Below are positions 58,016-64,000 of a stretch of 64,000 nucleotides of DNA, one piece after another. The DNA is taken from positions 1,856,001 to 1,920,000 of the forward strand of contig OZ245838.1 of assembly GCA_965228735.1 (NCBI GenBank), given 5' to 3'. Positions within the stretch are counted from its first letter, which is position 1. Each line of letters opens with the position of its first letter. The notes beneath the pieces were generated by a model. That model made no database searches. It was given only the letters and a program-made list of their open reading frames with translations, and had not been told where the DNA came from. Both the position numbers and the translations under genes were made by a program. This DNA is from Planctomycetota bacterium. GTDB lineage: Bacteria; Planctomycetota; UBA1135; UBA2386.

Positions 58016-58134
58016 TGCAAGTCGCGGGAAACACGTACTTTAAGCTGGCGACACACAACCGCCAGCTAACCGCCAGCCATAGCTGGCGGGCTGGTGTGCC
58101 CCTTATAGAGGGGCACCAGCTCCGCCAACCAGCT
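57940..58134. repeat. Iteron cluster, putative replication origin
   Basis: About 12 copies of C(G/A)CCAGCT-like octamers in both orientations, plus hairpin GTGCCCCT-TATAG-AGGGGCAC. Confidence 0.75.
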
Positions 58135-58634
58135 AGCGACCTCGGACAACCCCACCCCTCCGGTGGCGAATCGCTGCAAAGCGAGCACGCGAAGAGGGCC
58201 ACTCGATCGCGATGCAGCGCGACGCGAGCGGATCGCCGCGAGCGATCCCCGCGCATCCGGTGTCGCCACTCTGGCGCCCGACGCATTAACCCGCAGGGCG
58301 CGCGCCCGGCAGCCCGAGCAACTTGGTCATGGGCTCCGGCCGCTGGCGCGCGGCCCTGCACTTCCTCTTTGGCGAGGCGCAGCCCGGACGGGGTGCTCCG
58401 TTTCCATCCCGCACGCGATCGGCTGGTCCCCGATCCGGTTGCCGGGCTGCGCCTCGCCTTCTTCTTCCGCGCTACGCCAGCGCGTGCTGCGCGATCTCGC
58501 GCCGAGGCACCCAGGAGAGGTTGCGACCAGCAGAGCCGCGCACAGCGACGCTCACGAATTCACAGCACCTATGTCTCGGCACGGCGCCGGTCGACCGCCC
58601 TCCGCGTGACAAAACTCAAGTTACCCAAAGCCCA

Positions 58635-59060
58635 ATGAACTCCGAACCAGTTCGCTTCGATCCTCTCGACTACCCCGTCGGGCACCACCTCGATCCGCAC
58701 ATCACCGGCCGGCCCCGTCCGCGTCCGGGTGAGGTCGAGTTCGATCTCGACACGCGTCGGTGCCCGCGGTGTCGGCCCGATCTCTTCCCGGGCGACGTCG
58801 CGCTCGCCGCGCCGGTCTGCTGCGACGGCCCTGCGATCATGCGGTTCGACCTTCGTGCGGCCCGCGCCTACCGCATCTGGCGGGGCTGGCCGACGGAGGA
58901 GGATGTCCTCGTGCTGGCGTTCGTCGTTGGCGACGAGCCCTATCCGAGCCGCCGCCGCGGCGCGCGGGAACCCATGGATGCGCAAGTCATCTGCGCGCTC
59001 GTCGCCGGCGACCCGGTGCCGACGGGCGCCAACATCACCGACTACCCGGCGCGCGCATAG
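58635..59060 (+). CDS. Hypothetical protein with CxxC
   Basis: Protein-like from MNSEPVRF; CPRC. Confidence 0.45.
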   Translation: MNSEPVRFDPLDYPVGHHLDPHITGRPRPRPGEVEFDLDTRRCPRCRPDLFPGDVALAAPVCCDGPAIMRFDLRAARAYRIWRGWPTEEDVLVLAFVVGDEPYPSRRRGAREPMDAQVICALVAGDPVPTGANITDYPARA

Positions 59061-59099
59061 CCGCGGGCGCCATCAGCCACACAGCAACACGACAGAACT

Positions 59100-59888
59100 A
59101 TGACGACAGCAAATCTACAAGCCCGGCTCCGAGAGCGCGAGGCATCCCAGCGGCGCCAGAAGGCCGATCAGATCGCCCAGGCCCAGCGAACCTACTCCGA
59201 CCTCGTGATCGCCGCCTACCGCGGCGAGGTCACCAGCGAGGCCGACGTCGAGCAGCTCGAAGCAGCGATGGCCGTGCTCGATCTGGCGCCCCACAACTTC
59301 GACGAAGACGTCGCTGCCCTCGCGGTGCTGAAGCAGACCCGCGACAACGTCTCGGTCGCCCAGGCCGGCGAAGCCGTCGAAGCCGCCCGCGGAGCGGAGA
59401 CCGACGGCAGAAGGCGCGCGAAGCAGATGCGCGAAGAAGCCGACCAACTCGAACGGGCGCTCGCCGCAGACGTCGGAACCGCCAAGGCCGGGGTCCGGGA
59501 GACGCGCGCGAAGCTCGCGTATGCCGATCGCCTCGTAGCCACCCTCAGCGAGCACGGCGTCGTCGTCCCGGCCGATGCGCAACCGGTGACGACGGCGACC
59601 GAACGTGTGCCGCACCGCGTCATCGAGGTCGCCCAGATCGACAACTGCCTGCACGAGCCGGGCGCGGTCGTCTTGTGGCCCGCGGGCGAGCCGCACGCCT
59701 GCCTCCAACCCATCGAGCCGGGTCGCGAGGGCGACCCGTGGGTGCCTCCTCCCGCGCCGCCGTTGCCGCCCACGAGCAGCTCGGTGCTGGCGGAAGCACG
59801 CCGCGACGTCGAGGCCGCCCTCGTGCGCGGTGAACCGGTCCTGCCGAATGTCTTTGGCGGCTTGCCGAAGTCCGAGGAGGAGAAGTAG
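59100..59888 (+). CDS. Coiled-coil hypothetical protein
   Basis: 262 aa, helical, directly upstream of the scaffold homologue. Confidence 0.65.
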   Translation: MTTANLQARLREREASQRRQKADQIAQAQRTYSDLVIAAYRGEVTSEADVEQLEAAMAVLDLAPHNFDEDVAALAVLKQTRDNVSVAQAGEAVEAARGAETDGRRRAKQMREEADQLERALAADVGTAKAGVRETRAKLAYADRLVATLSEHGVVVPADAQPVTTATERVPHRVIEVAQIDNCLHEPGAVVLWPAGEPHACLQPIEPGREGDPWVPPPAPPLPPTSSSVLAEARRDVEAALVRGEPVLPNVFGGLPKSEEEK

Positions 59889-59890
59889 AG

Positions 59891-60514
59891 ATGACTGACC
59901 AAGAACTCACGCTCGCGCAGCGCATGTTCGGTCGTCCTGAGGGTGCCCAGGACGCTGCACCCGACGATGCCCTCGTGCCCGACACCGCGAAGGACGACGC
60001 GCCAGAGGAGCGCAGCGTGGCATCAAGGATGTTCGCGAAGCAGGAGCCAGTCGATTCCAACGACACCGAGGACGCCGAGGGCACCGACGACCCCGGTGAT
60101 GAAACCCCGGGCGACGTTGACGATGAGCAGTCGGGGTTCCGCCGTCGCTATCAACTGCAGGTCGAGGGCACCGAAGTCGACCCGCGGATGAACGACACGA
60201 TCCTGGACGCAGCCCACGAGGCCGGCATGAGCCAGGACGCCACGGAGAAGTTCGTCGAGAACATCGCGCCGCGACTGATCGCCGAGCATCAGGCGCAGGC
60301 TCGAGCGCGATTCAACGAGTGGACAGAAGCGACGAAGTCGGACGCCGAGATCGGCGGCGCTCGCCTCGACGAATCCATCGGTGTCGCCAAGCGCACCCTC
60401 GACGCCGTCAAAGTCTCGCCCGAGTTCCGCCAGTTCATCTTCGACTCGGGCCTCGGGAATCACCCGGACTTCGTTCGCCTCTTGGTCCGGGCCGGCAAGC
60501 GCATGGGGGTTTGA
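59891..60514 (+). CDS. Homologue of the prophage 1 scaffolding protein
   Basis: YQL...GMSQD...DAEIGG...SGLGNHP...AG aligns by eye to 32679-33371. Confidence 0.75.
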   Translation: MTDQELTLAQRMFGRPEGAQDAAPDDALVPDTAKDDAPEERSVASRMFAKQEPVDSNDTEDAEGTDDPGDETPGDVDDEQSGFRRRYQLQVEGTEVDPRMNDTILDAAHEAGMSQDATEKFVENIAPRLIAEHQAQARARFNEWTEATKSDAEIGGARLDESIGVAKRTLDAVKVSPEFRQFIFDSGLGNHPDFVRLLVRAGKRMGV

Positions 60515-60516
60515 TC

Positions 60517-60891
60517 ATGCCCAAGAAGAATTCCAAGGGATCCGATCCGCCGCAGCAGATCGCGCTCTCGGGAAACCGCGCAAAGGACGGCAAGTTCCTT
60601 CCGGGTCATAGCCTCCCAGGCCCCGGACGGCTGCGCGGCTACGACCCTGTGAAGGCGGCGGTCGCGGCGTGCGAGCGCAACGGCACGACGCTCGAACACG
60701 AGCTTGGCGAAGTCTTGTTCACGCTCATCTCGCTGGCCAAGAAGGGCGACGTCGCCGCTGCACGCGAAGTCCTGAGCCGCACAACCGCTGACATGAAGTG
60801 GACCGCATCGAATGACGGGAAGTTCACGGTGACGGTCGTCAACACCGGCGTACCAACCGGGAACGACCAGATCGAGGAACTGCTCTCATGA
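60517..60891 (+). CDS. TerS-like protein (DUF5681-type N-terminus)
   Basis: DGKFLPGHSLPGPGR...AKKGDVAAAREVL; ATGA overlap with terL. Confidence 0.65.
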   Translation: MPKKNSKGSDPPQQIALSGNRAKDGKFLPGHSLPGPGRLRGYDPVKAAVAACERNGTTLEHELGEVLFTLISLAKKGDVAAAREVLSRTTADMKWTASNDGKFTVTVVNTGVPTGNDQIEELLS

Positions 60892-62285
60892 AACCACCAC
60901 CGCAGATCGATCTCGGCTACCTACCACGCGACTGGCAGCGTGAGTGCCACCAGCTCAAGCGCAAGAACCGGTTCGCGGTGCTGGCGCTCCACCGCCGCGC
61001 CGGCAAGACGCTCTGGGCGTTGATGGAACTCGTCCATGCGGCGCTGCAGTTCGACAAGGAGCTGGGCCTGTTCTTCTTCGTCGCCCCGACCCTGAAGCAG
61101 GCGAAGGCGATCGCGTGGCGCGAGCTGAAGCGCATCCTCGAACCACTCCGAATCGCCGGCCTCGTTGAGATCCGGGAGACGGAGTTGACAGTCGAGTTCA
61201 AGCACAACGGCGCGCGCATCTCGCTGTTCGGCGCCGACAACCCGGACGCCATGCGTGGCGTTCGCCTCGATGGCGTCGTCATCGACGAGGTCGGCCACGT
61301 TCCACCGGACACCTGGTTCTCGATCCTCCAGCCGACGTTGTCCGACCGGCTCGGGTGGGCAGTGTTCATCGGGACGCCGAATGGGATCAACCTCTTCAGC
61401 GAGTTGTTCTTCAAGGCGACGGACGAGGACGAGTGGCACGCTGGTCGCTACACGGTGAGCGAGACACAGGCCCTCGACGCCAAGGAGGTCGAACGCCTCC
61501 GGCGCGACATGCCAGACACCGCGTTCGCCCGCGAGTATCTCTGCGACTTCTCGGCCGGCGGTGAAGACCAACTGATCTCGCTGTCCGACGTCGAATCCGC
61601 CGCGCAGCGTGAGTGGACAGAGCGCGAGGTCGCCGGTGCGCCGCGCATCCTCGGTGTCGACGTCGCCCGATTCGGTTCGGACCGCAGCGTCGTCATCAAG
61701 CGCCAGGGCCTGCACACCTGGAAGCCGATCGTCTACAAGGACGTCGACCTGATGACGCTCGCGAGCGCGGTGGCGAGCATCATCCAGCAGTGGCGCCCGG
61801 ACGCCGTGTTCGTCGACTCAGGCGGCGTTGGTGCCGGACTGGTGGACCGACTGCGGCAGCTCCACTTCGACGTGCATGAGGTCAACTCGTCGAGCAAGGC
61901 CGGCAAGCCGGACGCGTTCACGAACCGACGTGCAGAGTGCTGGTCTGCGATGGCCGACTGGGTCCGCGGCGGCGGGTCGATCCCGAACGACACCGCGTTG
62001 AAGCAGGAGCTGGCAACGCCCGTCTACTCGTTCGACGCGAGCGGCCGGAAGAAGCTCGAATCGAAGGACGACATCAAGAAGCGCCTCGGTGGCGGTAGCC
62101 CCGACACCGCGGATGCACTCGCGCTCACGTTCGCGAGCCCAGTGACACCAGCCACCGAGGTCGACCGCGTCCTGGAACAGTTCGACGTCCACCGTCCGCG
62201 TGCGAAGACGTATGGCGACCACGACCCCTTCGCGGTCCTCGACGAGGTCGAGAAGAGCCACGATCCGTTCGCCTGGAGGCGCTGA
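60888..62285 (+). CDS. terL: Terminase large subunit of element 2
   Basis: HRRAGKT, VIDE, IGTPNG, GVDVARFGSD, SPDTADALALTFA. Confidence 0.93.
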   Translation: MKPPPQIDLGYLPRDWQRECHQLKRKNRFAVLALHRRAGKTLWALMELVHAALQFDKELGLFFFVAPTLKQAKAIAWRELKRILEPLRIAGLVEIRETELTVEFKHNGARISLFGADNPDAMRGVRLDGVVIDEVGHVPPDTWFSILQPTLSDRLGWAVFIGTPNGINLFSELFFKATDEDEWHAGRYTVSETQALDAKEVERLRRDMPDTAFAREYLCDFSAGGEDQLISLSDVESAAQREWTEREVAGAPRILGVDVARFGSDRSVVIKRQGLHTWKPIVYKDVDLMTLASAVASIIQQWRPDAVFVDSGGVGAGLVDRLRQLHFDVHEVNSSSKAGKPDAFTNRRAECWSAMADWVRGGGSIPNDTALKQELATPVYSFDASGRKKLESKDDIKKRLGGGSPDTADALALTFASPVTPATEVDRVLEQFDVHRPRAKTYGDHDPFAVLDEVEKSHDPFAWRR

Positions 62286-62484
62286 TCGCTTTCATGCTGT
62301 GCTCCCTCACCAACGGAGAGCGCGGTTCCCGGTTGGATCCTCCGAAAGAAAAACTGCGGGTGGGAACGCTTCCTAGCGCATAGACGCAGACGGCGTTGCA
62401 ACGAATCGTGCAACGCAGTTCACCCTGCGCATTTTTGAATCATGAAGCGAACATTGGTGTGGGCACAGACGTCCAGAGCGAGCA

Positions 62485-63045
62485 ATGCCAACTCCAACGA
62501 AAGTCCCCGAACGATACTGGACCACCTGCTGGGCGACCCTCAGGTTGCGGAGCATCAAGTGGTGCACCAAGTTCGGATTCCCCTACCCCTGTGGCCTGAT
62601 TCGATTCACGATCCGATTGCCATACCCTTGCCGAAAAACACGAATGGTCGATGGCTGGTGCTATCACTGCCAACCTCTTGAGACACGCGGCTCGGGTTTG
62701 TTCCGTTGCCGGCAAGAATGCTGCGAGAACGGAGTCCTCTACGAGCGTTCGATCTGGTGTGCCGGAGGGCGCCTCCGGAAACTCGTTGCAGACCTTTGCG
62801 TCAAGGACAAGCTCTCCTCCGCAGGTTCCTGTGGCTCACCTAACAGCGGTCCCACCACGTTCGAAGAAGCACTGGAGAAGGCGCCGATGCCGGTTGAATC
62901 TCGAGCGACCCGCGGACTTGGTGACATCGTCGAAAAGATCATCCGATTCATGACGCTCGGATTGGTCGAGCCGTGCGCTGCCTGCAAGACACGGCAGGCT
63001 CTACTGAACAGGCTGTGGCCCTTCAGACGCATGAGGCCAGCCTGA
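62485..63045 (+). CDS. Cys-rich hypothetical protein
   Basis: Many Cys; C-terminal GLGDIVEKII...CAACKTRQALLN; low GC. Confidence 0.55.
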   Translation: MPTPTKVPERYWTTCWATLRLRSIKWCTKFGFPYPCGLIRFTIRLPYPCRKTRMVDGWCYHCQPLETRGSGLFRCRQECCENGVLYERSIWCAGGRLRKLVADLCVKDKLSSAGSCGSPNSGPTTFEEALEKAPMPVESRATRGLGDIVEKIIRFMTLGLVEPCAACKTRQALLNRLWPFRRMRPA

Positions 63046-63304
63046 AAAGAGCGGGGCGTTCGCCGATGCGATGCAGGAACAGCGGCGGGCTGCGCTACGC
63101 GCGCCCGCCGACCAGGCGAAAGCAAGCATCCCGCCTAGCGTCACGATGCGGCGACCGCGCGCCGGATCTACGAGACGTCTACCCACGTCGACCGCGCGGA
63201 GGCACGGGCCGCGTGGCTCGAAGCGGCCGAGGACTTGAGGTGGTGCGGTGCGGCGATCGCGGAGTGCAGCACCACATGTTCACTCCCGGTGCTACGATCG
63301 TCTA

Positions 63305-63979
63305 ATGGGCACCAACAAGGAGCAGCGAGGGACCGACTATGACCTGGACAAAAGGTTCGAGAACTACTGCTTCTTGAGACTTTGCATGATCGATCTCAGC
63401 GCCGCGAAGCGCCGCGTTGCGCAGTTAGAACCGCTGAAAGACGACAGCGTTCGCATCCCCCTGCTTGAGAACGTTGTGGTCGTCTACGCCCGCCCGTTCT
63501 CGGGGAACAAGGGGAGAGTGCAAGGCAAGCACCGCCTGCCGAAGTCGCACATACCGAGCGATTCTCTGGATCTGCATCGAGAGCTAATCGCACTTCGAAA
63601 CGAGCTGTTCGCCCACAGCGATGCGACGTTCCACGACCCGGTGGTCATGCGAAACATCGGGCCGCCGGAAGCACCATTGCATCCAGTGCGGTTTCGGGTC
63701 GCCGACTTCCAGAGTCTGTCGACGCGGATTCCTGACCTTCGAACGCTGTTCGAAGGTGTCGAGGCTATTGTACGAAGGGCAGTAGACGCGGCCCATCGAG
63801 ACCCTTGGTTCGCCGATGCGGCGAAAGCGGGGAAGCTCGAACACACGATTCACATGGGCTCGTTCAACTTTGCTGGAAAGGGCCCGGGCACCTACACCAC
63901 TCCCTATCTTGTAGACATGGGGGCGACGACTGAGGTCGCGCGAGATTCGTCGGCAGAAGATGATGAGGCGAGCGAGTAG
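63305..63979 (+). CDS. HEPN-like protein, candidate defence RNase
   Basis: VVYARPF...LRNELFAHSD (R-x5-H); low GC. Confidence 0.6.
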   Translation: MGTNKEQRGTDYDLDKRFENYCFLRLCMIDLSAAKRRVAQLEPLKDDSVRIPLLENVVVVYARPFSGNKGRVQGKHRLPKSHIPSDSLDLHRELIALRNELFAHSDATFHDPVVMRNIGPPEAPLHPVRFRVADFQSLSTRIPDLRTLFEGVEAIVRRAVDAAHRDPWFADAAKAGKLEHTIHMGSFNFAGKGPGTYTTPYLVDMGATTEVARDSSAEDDEASE

Positions 63980-64000
63980 CGACGCGCTTATTCCGAGGCA

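Larger units (their letters stand above)
49896..64000. mobile_element. Element 2: phage-satellite-like island; right boundary not seen
   Basis: Integrase next to the att copy, AlpA, primase-helicase, iterons, scaffold homologue, TerS, TerL, then low-GC cargo. Confidence 0.8.

Noticed and set aside
57940..58134. Possible CRISPR array
   Set aside because: Repeats are only 8 bp, in both orientations, irregularly spaced, with no cas genes; iterons fit better.
63134..63141. CCTAGCGT matching the late-promoter -10 box
   Set aside because: The upstream GTGTAACCGTAA box is absent, so likely chance.
62286..64000. Right attachment site of element 2
   Set aside because: No copy of the 28-bp core was found by eye, so the boundary is left open.

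Overview
GC-rich bacterial DNA, probably Planctomycetota (inferred from a HEAT/VWA exported protein and DUF1580-like HTH genes; not proven). Bases 1-5.4 kb hold four host genes, followed by tmRNA (ssrA, 5404-5755). Two mobile elements sit in tandem at the ssrA 3' end. Element 1 is an apparently complete ~44.2 kb temperate podovirus-type prophage (BPP-1-like head and tail genes) bounded by a perfect 28-bp repeat (5728-5755 / 49896-49923). Element 2 (49924 to at least 62.3 kb, right end not visible) looks like a phage satellite: related integrase, AlpA, primase-helicase with iteron origin, its own TerS and TerL, and a rearranged homologue of the prophage scaffolding protein, with no capsid, portal or tail genes in the window. 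Unusual prophage features are a stand-alone ethylene-receptor-like membrane domain coupled to a holin-like gene, an SGNH esterase fused to the tail adaptor, a GTA-type head-spike pair, an initiator tRNA with an altered anticodon loop preceded by ~0.9 kb of structured non-coding sequence, and an ORF that only forms across attP after excision. All protein family calls come from motif recognition by eye; no database search was run.
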